DNA of 64,000 nucleotides, from the NCBI GenBank assembly GCA_964252035.1, contig OZ176200.1; one strand, written 5' to 3'. This document shows positions 34,692-47,268 of this stretch, piece by piece. The notes beneath the pieces were generated by a model. That model was not told the origin of the DNA, did no database searches, and was given only the letters and a program-made list of their open reading frames with translations. Position 1 is the first letter of the stretch. Every line of letters starts with the position of its first letter. The DNA comes from Podarcis erhardii. Lineage: Eukaryota. The position numbers and the translations under genes were made by a program.

Positions 34692-34911
34692 CAGTGGTAC
34701 CTCAGTTTTCGAGTGTCTCAGAAGCCGAACGTTTCAGTTTTCAAACGCCGGAAACCCGGAAGTAATTGCTTCCATTTTTGAATGTGCCTTGGAAGTTGAA
34801 CAGTTTCCACTGACCCCCCCCCCATTTTCTTTTTCCACCTCAGTTTTCAAACATTTCAGAAGCTGAACAGCCTTCTGGAATGGATTATGTTCAAAAACTG
34901 AGGTACCACTG
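34692..34911. mobile_element. Tc1/mariner-type MITE
   Basis: TIR cagtggtacctcagttt / aaactgaggtaccactg; TA TSD. Confidence 0.9.
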
Positions 34912-35435
34912 TATATAGAATTATTTTTGAAGTTGTTTGGATTACATCCTGTACACCACCATGAAACCTTTGTGGAAAACAATAGATAAATATTTTCAGC
35001 AGGATATTTTGTGTATGGATTTGTTATTTTGTTGTTGCATTGTTAAGCAACTGGGGGTCAGATATTATTGCTGATCTACTTCAAATTGCTCAGAGATCTG
35101 CCAGCAGATCCTTCCTATCTTCTGCTCGCTCCTGCCTTCGGGAGCCTACCACTTTTCAACACAAATTTCACAAGCCACTCCTTTGCACGTATGTGATCCT
35201 ATTGGTCCAACTTGTTGAAAAGCAGTAGGGAGCCAGGAGGGTTGCATAGATCTCCTGCCTGAAATTCTGGACCAGCTTCTTAATGCTTTGGTATACTGCT
35301 CCAATCAGCCACAGCCCACATGACTGTGCTGGCTGGGGCTGGTCATGGGAATTACAGTCCAAAACATCTGGAGGGCACCAATCAGTTGGGAGAAGGATGC
35401 TCTGGAGGGTAGCCCTGCCAGTCAGGATAACCAGT

Positions 35436-35715
35436 GCTACAGCTTGGCTGTAGAGGTAATGCTTTGCATGCAGAAAGTCTCAGATTAATTGCTGGCAACT
35501 CCAGTTGTTTGTTGTTGTTGTTTGGCAAGAAAAAAGTAATGAGTCTCAAGTTATAGGATGCTCATAGAGGAAACCTGTTGGAGATCCTAAAGAGCTTTTG
35601 CAGTCGTAGTGGACAGCAGCAGGCGAGATTGACAAATGATCCGTACAGAAAGCTTGCGACTCCTTGTATTTGTGGACCTGGATGCTCCATTGATGTGATT
35701 CAGTATAAGGTCCTT
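35436..35715 (+). mobile_element. Degenerate Squam3-like SINE
   Basis: ctacagcttggctgtagag..atgctttgcatgcagaaagtctcag head; gatgtgattcagtataagg tail-like motif. Confidence 0.5.
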
Positions 35716-36037
35716 CCTTGTATCCCTCTCCATATAATTTCAGTAGTAGTCAAGGAGACAATGGAAGGCAGTCTTTTAGCGTTCAAAATTTAATAGCATT
35801 GAAAGGGGGGGTGGGGAGACCAATTTTATTCTGAAAGGAAATAGACCTGAGCTTGTAAAACTGATTATAGTCTGGCACTGAGGCAAAATCAATGCAGTGC
35901 TCCATTTATGCTCAGGGATTTTGATAGTGCTGTGTGAAGAGGAAGGTTTACAGAAATGTTTTAAGACTTGGAGGAAAACTAATTGAGGAAATCTACATGT
36001 ATTATTATTATTATTATTATTTACAGCTTTCTGCCTA

Positions 36038-36252
36038 CAGTGGTACCTCGGGTTACGGACGCTTCAGGTTACAGACTCTGCTAGCCCAGAAATGGTACCA
36101 CAGGTTAAGAACCTTGCTTCAGGATGAGAACAGAAATTGCGCGGCGGCAGCGGAAGGCCCCATTAGCTAAAGTGGTACCTCAGGTTAAGAACAGTTTCAG
36201 GCTAAGAACGGACCTCCGGAATGAATTAAGTCCTTAACCTGAGGCACCACTG
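36038..36252 (+). mobile_element. Tc1/mariner-type MITE (family A, internally deleted)
   Basis: TA-cagtggtacctc ... gaggcaccactg-TA; 215 bp versus 242 bp for the other copies. Confidence 0.92.
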
Positions 36253-36370
36253 TATTGTGGAAGTCCACAACCTTGTAACAACTCTGATAGTTGCCTGTGA
36301 ATCAGTCAGGCTCTGATGTACCACGTCTTTATATACCAGGTATTGTTCAACCCCAATTGGTGAGAAGTCC

Positions 36371-36519
36371 AGCTGTACTGCTATAGAATTTAAAGCACAT
36401 CACTCCTGCAAAGGATCCTGGGAACTGTAGTTTAAGGGTGCCCTGGGATGGGTAAAATACAATTTCCAGGATTCTTTGGTGGGGAAAATATGCTTTCAAT
36501 GTATGGTGTATACATAGCC
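36371..36519. mobile_element. Short palindromic DNA element related to 5617-6159
   Basis: tttaaagcacat..aaaggatcctgggaactgtagtt versus tacaatttccaggattcttt..atgctttcaatgtat. Confidence 0.6.
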
Positions 36520-36564
36520 CAATTTTCTTTTGTATGAATGATTACTGGAAGATTAGAGTATCCA

Positions 36565-36813
36565 AGAATCACAGAATCTTAGAGTTGAAAAGGACCCCAA
36601 GGGTCATCTAGTTCAACCCCCTGCAATGCAGGAATCTCAACTAAAGCATCCATGACAGATGGCCATCCAAGCTCTGCTTGAAAACCTCCAAGGAAGGACA
36701 GTCCACAATCTCCCAAGCTCCACTGTCAAACAGCTCTTACTGTCAGAAAGTTTTTCCATATGTTTAGTCGGAATCTCCTTTTCTGTAACTTGAAGCCACT
36801 GGTTCGAGTTCTG
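36565..36813 (-). mobile_element. CR1 LINE 3' end (ORF2 C-terminus + tail)
   Basis: Minus ORF contains RTRTSGFKLQKRRFRLNIWKNFLTVRAV, the CR1 ORF2 C-terminal motif; agaatcacagaatc tail. Confidence 0.9.
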
Positions 36814-37779
36814 ACTTTGTTTGCAATGTATTCAGGCATATACAGCCACCTAGCAAACAGGTGGTGCAGCTCCAAATTGTGCATTTGATTCTCAAAGGGA
36901 GGAACTTCAGCCCCCAGATGCCTCACCTTTAGCCAACTGCAGTTAAAAAGTCTCATCTCTCTCTACCTCTGCTCCAGATTCAAACTGCAAACTCCTTTGT
37001 TGTGCCTCTCTCTTCCCCCCAGTCTCAAAGCACACCGCCGCAGGTAAATTGCCCATTTAGAGGAAGATCTCTAGATATTAGATTTCCTTGAAGAATCATA
37101 AGCCAATGATTCACACACCTTCGCAAAATACGGTCCCCTAACAGCTGCAGCAATATGTGCATGCTGTTTTAAGTGTCTATGGAAAAAAGGTTCAAATGTT
37201 ATTGTTTGAAAGCTGCGTTTCTTGTTCCAATATTCCAATGGGTGATTTGTATGCAAAGCATATGAGTTCCAATTGGCTGTATGCAAGGGCAAAGACGTCA
37301 TAGAAACTGTTCATTCACTTTCTAATTGGTTTCAGGAAGTTTTCTTTCCATCACGTTGCTATCAAAGCTTGCAACCTCATTGTAGTTATGTGGCTGAAAC
37401 ACCACATTTTGCTGTTAAGACATTTTCCCCCTTAAAATAATATATTTTTAACACCAAAACCAAGGATGTGTCTTATGAGGAGTTCTATCATAGGATGAAA
37501 TTTTAAGACCAAGTTACGTGTTTGAAAAACAGGACCTAACATCTTCCTCCTTGCCCCTAACAGAGCAGAATCCCACTTCACCTGCTTATATGCAGGATGA
37601 AACCAGAGGAAAACATTTCTCTATAACTGGGCCTTGGACTGATTTGACATTCTGTGGTAGGTTTGCAATAGAATGGACATACATTCAGTTTCCCCCAGAT
37701 ATGTCCTCTTTTTCAGTGTTAAAATTTGAGTCCGGAGGGATTTTTAGAATTTGGTAAAATGTGTGTTGGGGGGGTGTTG

Positions 37780-37862
37780 ATTTTGTATTTTTACATTGTG
37801 AACCACCCTGTGATCTTCGGATGAAGGGCAGTATACAAATTTAATAAATAATAATTATAAAT
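37780..37862 (+). mobile_element. L2-type 3' terminus
   Basis: tgtgaaccaccctgtgatcttcggatgaagggcagtatacaaatttaataaataataa; a similar terminus lies on the minus strand at 27151-27207. Confidence 0.6.
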
Positions 37863-39255
37863 ATAGAAGAAAATCTACTTGTTCCAGTCTCTTGTTTAGT
37901 CAAAGCTATGGAATCTGTGACAAAATTCCATCAACAAAATTCCAAAGAGAAATGAAATCCTTCAAAATGATGTTACTTAGGCCTTTACAGAAGGCCTAAT
38001 CACCTACTCTGGAGACCACACATTACTATTTTATCTGTTTAATAAGTTGTTACTGTGAACGTTTAATGTGTCAGATATACTAGCACTGAGCTGCTAGACA
38101 TATTTACTTGGCCTGTTACAAGCCTGTCTATATTTCTTGGGAGCTCTTGCTTTTTTGCTTGTGTGTACTGATTTTTGAGATTCCAATGTTTGCAATTATA
38201 CTTCCTCTAATAATTTGGAACACTTGTTCACACTTCCTGCTACTTCACTTGGAACAAGTGGGAGGATGGGGAAAAGCTGCAGACTGCTCTCGTTTCCGCA
38301 GTAATAACGACAGCGGAGTGTTTTCACAAGCCTATAAATCAGATTATATAATGCTGGTAAATTGGAGAAACCCTGATGGTCCCTGTCCTGCTAGCTAATG
38401 TATCTGTCTCGCCCATTCACTTTGTGCAACTGGGCTTGTACCTTCCGCCTCTCATTTCTGCCTCCTCTTTGGATGCTGTGTTGGTAGCCATGTGATTCGG
38501 CTGGTCTGTGTCCTGCTTGCAGTCTCGTCCTAAATTCCATCCCCTTGTCGAATGCCAAGCAGACAAAAATGCTGGCATTCAGCTTCCTGGCACTCCTCGG
38601 AAGGGGTGTGGGAAAAAAACATTTCACCTCTCAATTGCAGCAGGCCCATGGACCAGTTATTGGGTCACTGATATGTTGTCCTAAGAAGCCCTTCCCCCTC
38701 CCCTTCCCAGTGTGGAATTCTGCTCCTGGGCTATAGCAAGTGGCCACATGTAATACAGGTGAGTGCTGTAGGGGACCGGAAACATTTGTGGAAATCGGAG
38801 CTTTTCAGCACAGCAGCAGCCTCTGCAAGACGAGCCCTGCTAACTAGGCTTGTGCTTCTTCCAACCTCTCACATGCTGCTGAGTAATGGATTACGCTGGC
38901 AGAAAAAGGTCACTCTGCACCCCTGCATTTCTGATTAGCTGTAATGCACCAGCAAAGGAGAAATGCAGTTAATATGATAATCAGGGAGATGGGTAATGTA
39001 AATTATTCAGACAAAATTACAGAAGAGATCCTGTTCTCCAGAATTCAAATTAATGAAGTTGATTGATCACCCTTGCAGGCTGTGGCTGCTTCCACACTAG
39101 TCCCTTTTTTTTAATCAGGAACTGCTATGCTTTGCTCACTCACTTTTTTCATTTGGCATCCAGTGTTCCCTGTTATTCTCCCATATGTCTCATGATAGGA
39201 TTGCTTCAAATCAAACCAACTCTGCTTTACAGACCTTTCTCAACCAATGCCCCCT

Positions 39256-39950
39256 TGTCATGTCTCAGCCGGGGGATTCCTTGTCAGATGATGGCCTGTA
39301 GGCCTCAGCATTGCACCAAGCCACAGGTCAGGCTTAATCTGGGACTAGGGAGTCAGGGTCCCTAGATTGAGGAGGGGGGCCATCTACAACATGGAGGTGT
39401 TCAGCCTCTGACACTCAGCTGAATGAGGTCCAAGGGAGCGATGGTGCCTCACATCCCAGTAAGAAACTCACCCCATCAGCAGAAGTGCCACACTGCAGGC
39501 AAGGACTCCTCCAAAGTCAAGGCCTCCTTGGGAGTAAGACTCACTTTTCTAGGACACCTCTGGATGAAGAGAGCTGACAAGAGTTAGATGGGTTCAGGAT
39601 GCGTCTCAGGCAGCTGAAGCTCAAAACCCCCAGTATCTGGTTGGAAGAGCTTCTGGTACAACATCTTCATACCTGAACTGTGCTTTGATGGCAACATGAC
39701 ATTCTGTCTATTCTGAACCAAACGGTGGACTCCCCCAAGTTTGTCTCTTGTCTCTGCCCCTGTTTGGCCATAAACCAAATTGAATGTGACCTCAGGCTGC
39801 CCTGCCCTTGCCTGTCGCCTGACCCCTTGTTTTGGACTCTGATTGCTCAGACCATGACTTTGGACCAACCCTGGGTGCTGCTTCTGCTTTTGCTTATGTT
39901 AGTGTTGCTGCTGGCAAGCACTCTAATCACACAGGGAGCTAGTGAGAGCA
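39256..39950. mobile_element. Possible degenerate LTR-like element
   Basis: Starts TGTCATG, with the inverse CATGACA at 39695-39701; GC-richer than its flanks; no TSD found and the right end is uncertain. Confidence 0.3.
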
Positions 39951-40250
39951 GGGCTGTCCACACGCCACAGGATGTGAGTGTTGCTTTAACCAGTTCGAAG
40001 TTCCTCCCAAGGAGCCTCACTTATTCAAGCTGAACTTCATAGACCCCTGTGACACAAATCTTACATATGTGGACTCACAAAGTTCTACTCATACAGTACT
40101 CCACATTCCCACAATATATTTACTCCCTTTGTGGGGCTTTTTGTGTGGTGGTGGTGGACTCATGCTGAAGTGCAAGCACAGGGCAACATCTCTGGACACA
40201 GATTTTATACAAGTATGCATACAACCTGGTACCACACGGGACATATCCTG

Positions 40251-40420
40251 CAGCGAGTGTCAGATTTAGGGCGGTGTGGGCGGTCCCCTCCCCACAAGGT
40301 GCCAAGCCGAGGGAGCACGAAATTGAGAAGATCCATAATTGAAAAGACCCATTTGGGGGTGCCAAATGTTGGCCTCGCTCAGGGCGCCATATTATCAAGG
40401 ATTGCCAAAATCTGCCTCTG
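40251..40420. mobile_element. hAT-like MITE
   Basis: gtgtcagattt ... aaatctgcctctg imperfect TIR; retains CpGs. Confidence 0.5.
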
Positions 40421-43022
40421 GATCCCAAGACTATGAATCTGATTTGCCACAGCTCCTGGCATTTGCTTTGGAACCAATTCATTGTCTTTCATTCTCAATT
40501 TGTTATTCCAGATTATCCTGCAAGGCATGCTTCATTTAACACATGGTCATGCTTTTTCAGTCAAATTTAAGCATTTGCTAAAATATTAAAAATTTTAACC
40601 AACAGAAAATCTTCCCCAAGAAGCCACATACTTCTTAACAATTTATTTGGGTGGCAGATTTCAGCCATGGCAACGTTTGACAGCAGCTGCCTTCATCCCA
40701 TTAAAAACATGAGTAAGGAAACAGTTGCCATTTTGACTCTTTGCTTCACAACAGAGCAGCTTGGGGTCTGTGAACACTGAGAATCTGGCCAAATCCTCCT
40801 AGTTACACCCATTCAGAGCCACCAAATTCCAAAGGAAAAATGTACACAGCACTTCTGTAATCCTTATAGTCCTTTGGGGACTAAGAAAACTTCTGCAAAT
40901 AGTTATCCCTAAAGTAGGATGTGAGCATGCCCTGGCACCAGTCAGTAAGTTTGACTATTGGAAAATGCAATGGAGATGTCCTGGAATCCAACTTTAGGTG
41001 GTTAGATGGGTGGTTGAAATCCAGGATCTTCAAATGAGCTTTTCCAGAAATGCTACCAGATCCACACGCATGGACAGTGAGAGAGGTAGAGCTGCAGCAT
41101 ATCTTCATGTATGAAATATATGGTAGCTTGAAGTCTGAAGCAGGCTTCAGAAGACATGTTTTAGGCATTGTCAAACCTTTGGAGAGAAAGGGAGATCTGT
41201 TTTGAAGTGACTGATCTCCCCTAGAGTAAAAACACTGGCTTCTGTTACTGTGAGTTGCTTTGTGCTTACAAAAGATGTGATAGAAATAACATGTACTGGT
41301 GCTTAAAATAAAAAGGATGATGTAGAGAAGCTTTTAAAATGACTTCTGGGAGAAAGCTGCCAATTGCTGAGGAACATTTGATTCAGAATAACTCATCCAG
41401 ACTAGGCTAAATGTTATACCACAAAAGTCGGTGATGTTGACCTGATTGCTGCTTCCTTCTTGAAATGAGCCCTCATGAGGGGGCTGCTTATAGGAGAGGG
41501 GCGGAGCAGTCCTTCCCCTCCAGAGGATGTCCTAATATTTGCTCGCAGCTACTTCTCCCCTTTCACCAAAAGGACTGAAGACCTGCATTGAACTTATGAA
41601 CAAGGGTCTGGAACTCTGTGCTTGGGGAAGTGTGTTGCAGAGGGAAAGGGTTGGTAGGGGGAGGATTAAGCATCCTCTCCAAGAAGCAGCAACAAGACTC
41701 ATGAGACCCATAGGGCTGGAGACAGCAGCAATCATATTCCATTAAAAATGGGGGGGGGGAGGGTGTCATTCAAAAAATAAGATGACCAGCATAAACTCTT
41801 GACCAAGATGTCTGCGTGTATGAGCAGTATGGGGAGAAAGGAGAGGGAAGAAATTGGTCTCGCTCTCCTCGCTCTCAAAATGTTAGACCTCAGGTCATGG
41901 TAGTCAAGTAGTCTTTAACTCAATGCACAGTTAATGGATGAATTCATTGATTTATTGATTTCAGCCATGGGTTATTGTAATAATAATGGATACAGGTGCC
42001 TCTTAAAGAGACAAGTTCATGGAGAGTTTGTCCATTAGTCATAGCAAGTGGGAGTTGTAAATAGGCATGTCAGAGAATTCTGACGGAAATGGAAATGGGA
42101 ACAGAAATTGCCGATGATGGTTTATTCAGCCCATGTCCACAACAAAAATCAGTCCAGTGAATACAATGACTATTCACTGTCATTTTTGCTTTCAACCCTC
42201 AAATGATAAGTAATTGATTACACCCCACCCCATTGCATTGCATTTCCTTTGCACTGAAACAAATGTCATGGAATAATGTATTTCAAATAATTAATTGCAC
42301 AGATGTTGCAAATTACATAATTTCACCACAGTAGACCATGAGATGAATGCTGTCATTTTGGGCAGGAGATGAACTTCAGTGGAATGGAAAGAGTGTTGCA
42401 TGTGATGAATACAGGGTGGAATGAAAAACGCTGCTGCCTTGTGTCTTTACTTGAGACAAAATGTTGCAGTATCTCCATACCGCCTAACAGGAATGCTCTT
42501 GTTTGGGGTCCCAGCCAGCCCTTACCTTTCCCAGCATGCGCCATTCCCCATTTTTCTATTCCAAGTGACAGCCATCACTCTGTGGCTACTAAACGTGTTC
42601 AGTCCTTGCTGAATTGTTTCATTATGTAGTGGTTGATTTTATGGCTCTAGTCCTTTTAGCACTTGCCATAACTGTGCTTACTGTAAGAGGGAGTTATATC
42701 TAATAATGGACTTCCTGGGTTCAGAGGCTGGGCAGCTGTGATAATCAAGTTCTAAAGTCTTTACATCATCATTATAGTGTCTTCCTTGTAAGCTTGCTGC
42801 TATTGGTGTCTGGTTTGCCAATCTTCATAAGAGAGTTCTGGGCTCAAGAGACCTTTGATTTGATACTGATAGTCAATTCTTCTCATATGCCTTTAAATTT
42901 TGACTCTTCCCAGGTGTTTTTATATCAGGAAAAGGAAACAAGAGAACCAAAAAACCCCACCAGGTTTCATGATGTTCTAAACAAATTTCATGTGCAGGAA
43001 GCAATGGACACACATTTTCTCA

Positions 43023-43192
43023 GAGAACAGCTCTATGGCCCAGCACATGTTCAGCAGAAAGAAGATTCTAGATTCAATTCACAGCATCTCCAGGTAGGGT
43101 TGGGAGAGACCCTAGTCTGAAACCCTGGAGAACCTTTGTCAGTCAGTATAGACAATACTTAGATGATGATCTAAGACAGTTCCCTGTGTTCT
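43023..43192 (+). mobile_element. Squam3-like SINE
   Basis: gcatctccaggtagggttgggagagaccctagtctgaaaccctggaga..gtcagtcagtatagacaatact. Confidence 0.75.
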
Positions 43193-43599
43193 TGGAAACA
43201 AGTCCCATTGAATATGGTAGGACTTCTTTAAGCATGGCTAGGACTGGGCTGGAAGCATGATCTGCTAATGTCTTTCCCCTTGTTTCTCCCTTCACCACCC
43301 TTATATGCTTACGAAGAAAATCCAAAGAATGTTCTCCTGTATTTTTAAACCAATGATAGAAAAGGAGCAGGCTGAACCAGTGGCAGACCTACATTTTTAG
43401 GGTCCTGAAGCTTGAACTGTTATGGGGAGCCCTTTGCAACCAGCAACCAGCTCTGGGTAACCACTGTTATCTTCCTTGGTAGGGCTGTGTACAACAACCT
43501 TTAAAACATCTGTGCTATTGACTTGCAAACGTTGGGATTATTGAAATATCTACAACAAAACATAAATCAATTTGAGTCATGTGACTCAAATTGGGTCTG

Positions 43600-44261
43600 C
43601 TGAAGGACCAAGTGCGCAGCCTGGGAGTAATTTTGGACTTACGGCTGTTCATGGAGGCACAGGTCAACTCTTTCTCCAAGGCAGCTGTCTACCAGCTCCA
43701 TCTGGTATGCAGGCTAAGACCCTACTTGCCCGCAGACTGTCTTGTAAGAGTGGTGCATCCTCTAGTTATCTCCCTCTTGGACTACTGTAATGCGCTCTAC
43801 GTGGGGCTATCTTTGAAGGGAACTACAACTAATCCAGAATGTGGTAACTAGACTGCTGACTGGGAGTGGCCGCTGAGACCATATAACACCGGTCTTGAAA
43901 GACCTACATTGGCTCCCAGTACGTTTCCGAGCACAATTGGTGGTGACCTTTAAAGCCCTAAACAGCCTCGGCCCAGTATACCTGAAGGAGCATCTTCACC
44001 TCCATCGTTCAGCCTGGACACTGAGGTTCCATCACTGCGAGATGTGAGGCTACAGGGAACCAGGCAGAGGGCCTTTTTGGTAGTGGTGCCCGCCCTGTGG
44101 AACGCCCTCTCATCAGATGTCAATGAAATAAACAACTATCTGACTTTTAGAAGACCTCTGAAGGCAGTCCTTTTAATGTTTGATGTTTTATTTTGTTTTT
44201 AATATTCTATTGGGAGCAGCCCAGAGTGGAAACCCAACCAGATGGGTGATGTATAAATAAC

Positions 44262-44298
<37 letters not shown>
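43600..44298 (+). mobile_element. 5'-truncated L2 LINE (same family as 23314), (AAT)n tail
   Basis: LKDQVRSLGVILD..MEAQVNS.SKAAVYQLHLV.RLRPYLP; collinear with the 23314 copy, with small internal deletions. Confidence 0.92.
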
Positions 44299-44299
<1 letters not shown>

Positions 44300-45317
44300 C
44301 TAGGGGCCCTGAAGTTTAAGATCCATTAGTTTCAAAGCAGATCTGCCTCTGGGCTGAATAGAGGAAAGCAAAATTACTATGAGCATAGGCCAGGCAGAGA
44401 AGGGGCAAGATGATATTAATAAAGAAGCAAATGATACAGAAACACTTGAGTGGTAAAGAGGAAGTTCCTTTCCTGAGCATCAGCAGCCCCTTCTGCAAGT
44501 CCCTGACGTGCCTGCTCCTACAATCCACTGGCATATTCTGGCTTAGAGGGAGGAACACATCTCTATTTTTAACAACCTTGGTGCTCCATTGCCCTCAGTG
44601 AAACCTTCAGTGTTTCCTGCCACAACCTTGGGCCCTCCAAGCCTGGTTTATCCTGGCACATGATCTGATGTGCCGCCAAGCACCTTTGTTTGCTATAGTG
44701 GGAGAACAATCCTGGAATGTGTTTGTCATTTCTATTGTTTTGGAAAGGAAGAACTGACCTCAGCCCCTTGAGTGTTCCCCTCCCGTCCTGCCCACTGTTT
44801 TCTTCTGACTTCTCGTTCTGTTTGATGGCTATTTTTGTGTCTGTTTTACTAGGAGAGAAAACCAGTGGACTAACAAGGCTTACCAATGCCACATTTAAGA
44901 TTCTATGGCACAGCCGCTCATTCCGCAAGGACATTTTCCCATTGTAAAAACACTCAACCACACCATACGACGCATGTACTGAGAACCAAGTCTCACTGAG
45001 TTAATTGCAGCCCAAAGAGTTTAAGTCATCCAGCTGATGGCTCTGTAAGAAGGGGAATAATAGTGTTCTTAATTCTGTCTTTTCAAATGCCAGTGAATGT
45101 CCATCATCCTATGGATTCAAACCCATTAAGTCCATGCAATACTCACATGAATGCTAGCATTGCATTATATTATATATTAGCAGTATTTACAAATTGTATC
45201 TTTTCTTACATCCCTCCACTGTGAGAACTGTCCATTTATTTCTCCTCTGTGTTTCCTGTTTTTCCCCCATGCACTTCTTACTGGTCTAAAGGGAGCCATG
45301 TCTTTTTATTCCATGAC

Positions 45318-46580
45318 TTCTAAGCGCCTTCAGGGATCTTTGGTGAGTGACTTTATCAAAATATTTTTGAAAGTCTAAGGACAAAGTGTCGACTGGACCA
45401 CTTCTATCTACCTGCTTATTAACACTCAACAAATTCTATAATACTAGTTAGAGAGGACTAGGGATAAATGACTCTGGATTTTTTGTTTCCTTTTGTTTTA
45501 TCATTTTTCCATTCTTAAGTTCAGTTTCCCACATCAGTTTGTGGTTGTTGTTTTTTTAATGTTCTTACAAAAAATCAGCAGCATTTTAGTGTGAATTTCT
45601 CCTAATATATACATTTTGAATGCAATTTTGCCTAATATCAACATTTTTACAAAATTTTTTTCCTGAATATTATGCTTTTTATGTTACTTTAATGAATATA
45701 CACATTTTAATACACATTTGACCCTAGTATTTGTACCCAATGCTTCACTGGAGAACTGTATTGAAAATTCAGAGAAGTGTGAATTCTGAAGGCTCACCGT
45801 TTCTGTTTACATATTGTTTTGGAAACTGTGATGTGAATGAGGTAGGACTGGCTTTAAATGTGATCTGAATTGAATTTCTTTCTATCTCCAGAGAGGACTT
45901 CACTACTTGCCTGTTTTTTTCAGATTCCCTTCTTGAGAAAGTGATTTCAGGTACAGATATCTGCCTAACACGTTTCACAATGAAGACAGATGCAAGGAAT
46001 TCATTCAGTGTCTCTGCAATCTCCTTTTCCTCCTTTAGCACACCTTTGAATTCCTTGGCATCCAAAGGTTTTACTGCCTCCCTAGCAGGTTTCCTGGTTG
46101 TTGTTGTTGTTGTTTTTTGCATTCTTTATTGCCAGCTTGCATTTCTTTTCCAAAAGTTTCCGTTCCTTCTTTCCCTTTGTTTAGATAAGACTTTCACTTT
46201 CACTTTCTGAAATGCACTTCTTATTTTTGATAGCTTCCTTACTGCTCATTAACTACATTGGCATCTACCTGAAAGTGGTGGAACCTCTCCTGATCTGCAG
46301 TATATATTATAGATTAGCTTCTATTATTGCAGCTTTCAATAACCACAGCAAAAACTGCTGGAGAGATTTGAACCTTTTAACTCTTTCAACTTTCTTTTTA
46401 CTAATCCCCACAGATTTGAGAAGTTTCCTCTTTCAAAGGCACATGTGATGTGATAGCACTTTGATAGTAGTGGGGTCACTGTTTCCATTTGGTTCAGTAA
46501 TGCTTCATCTTGGACACTTCTTAAGTTTTAAGTGCAGGACCACATCCCCTCTGTTCAGTTCCTTATCTCTTTGCCATGAC
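45318..46580 (-). mobile_element. Degenerate CR1 ORF2 fragment (endonuclease-RT linker to RT start), interrupted
   Basis: Minus ORF RKPAREAVKPLDAKEFKGVLKEEKEIAETLNEFLASVF; 45318-45460 resembles VDRG.PVD..YLDFQK.FDKV.HQR. Confidence 0.8.
45525..45835. mobile_element. AT-rich interspersed repeat inserted in the CR1 fragment
   Basis: Breaks CR1 collinearity; cagcattttagtgtgaatttctcctaatatatacatttt resembles a common lizard non-autonomous element. Confidence 0.45.
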
Positions 46581-46582
46581 TT

Positions 46583-47268
46583 CAGGGGCACCAACTATAG
46601 GGGTGGAAGGGGCTTTGGCCCCCTAAATATGGATGGGCAGGGGGCTGAACCTCCCCCCAATATTGTGGGGGCTGACATCCCCCGCCACCACAGAGCACCC
46701 TCCACAAGTCCCAGCCCCTGCCTGGGTGTCAGGCTTTGGGGAATCACATCCCTCCCACAGCCCACAATCAGAGAAACGATAAAAGTTATTACCAAGCAAT
46801 TTATTCAATCGAATAAATTCTATTTGTCACAGAGAATGACGAAGGAATTCAGCCTTCCCTAATAATGGCATTGCTCCAAGTAAAGTCCCACCCCTCTATG
46901 TCTCCCCTATTCGACGTCACTCCTGCGTCAGTTAATCTGAGCTTTCTGCCTCTGAGTTCTCTGTTCTAATACCCTCAATGTCCACTATGTCCTACGAGGG
47001 GTATGTGTGTCAGGAATGCTTTCCAAGGACACGGAGTATTTCAGCTGTCTCTCCCTTGGTCTTCTTCTTCTTCCACTATTTCCCAGCTTCTGCCCTCTAC
47101 AGCCTCTGAAATATGCCCTTCTGCAAACCACCGTTCTAAATCTATCCTGTCCTCCTGTTCTCGGGAATGTTCAGGAAAAGAGGGGGCGGTCCCCACCATT
47201 CCTCCTCAGTCCAGCCCTTGACACCGGGAGCCTGGGAGCCCCCAGTAACTTTTGTTATTGGCCCTTCA
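46583..47268. mobile_element. GC-rich MITE-like host element split by a solo LTR
   Basis: caggggcaccaact start; sequence either side of the LTR (cccctgcctggg | ccgggagcctggg) is continuous in style. Confidence 0.4.
46727..47223 (-). mobile_element. Solo LTR, 497 bp
   Basis: TG...CA ends (TGTCAGG / CTTGACA); 5-bp TSD CTGGG / CCGGG (4/5); TTTATT ~75 bp from the left end is a poly(A) signal on the minus strand. Confidence 0.65.

Noticed and set aside
42155-42179. 9-bp inverted repeat CAGTGAATA / TATTCACTG
   Set aside because: Short AT-rich stem expected by chance in 64 kb; no supporting context
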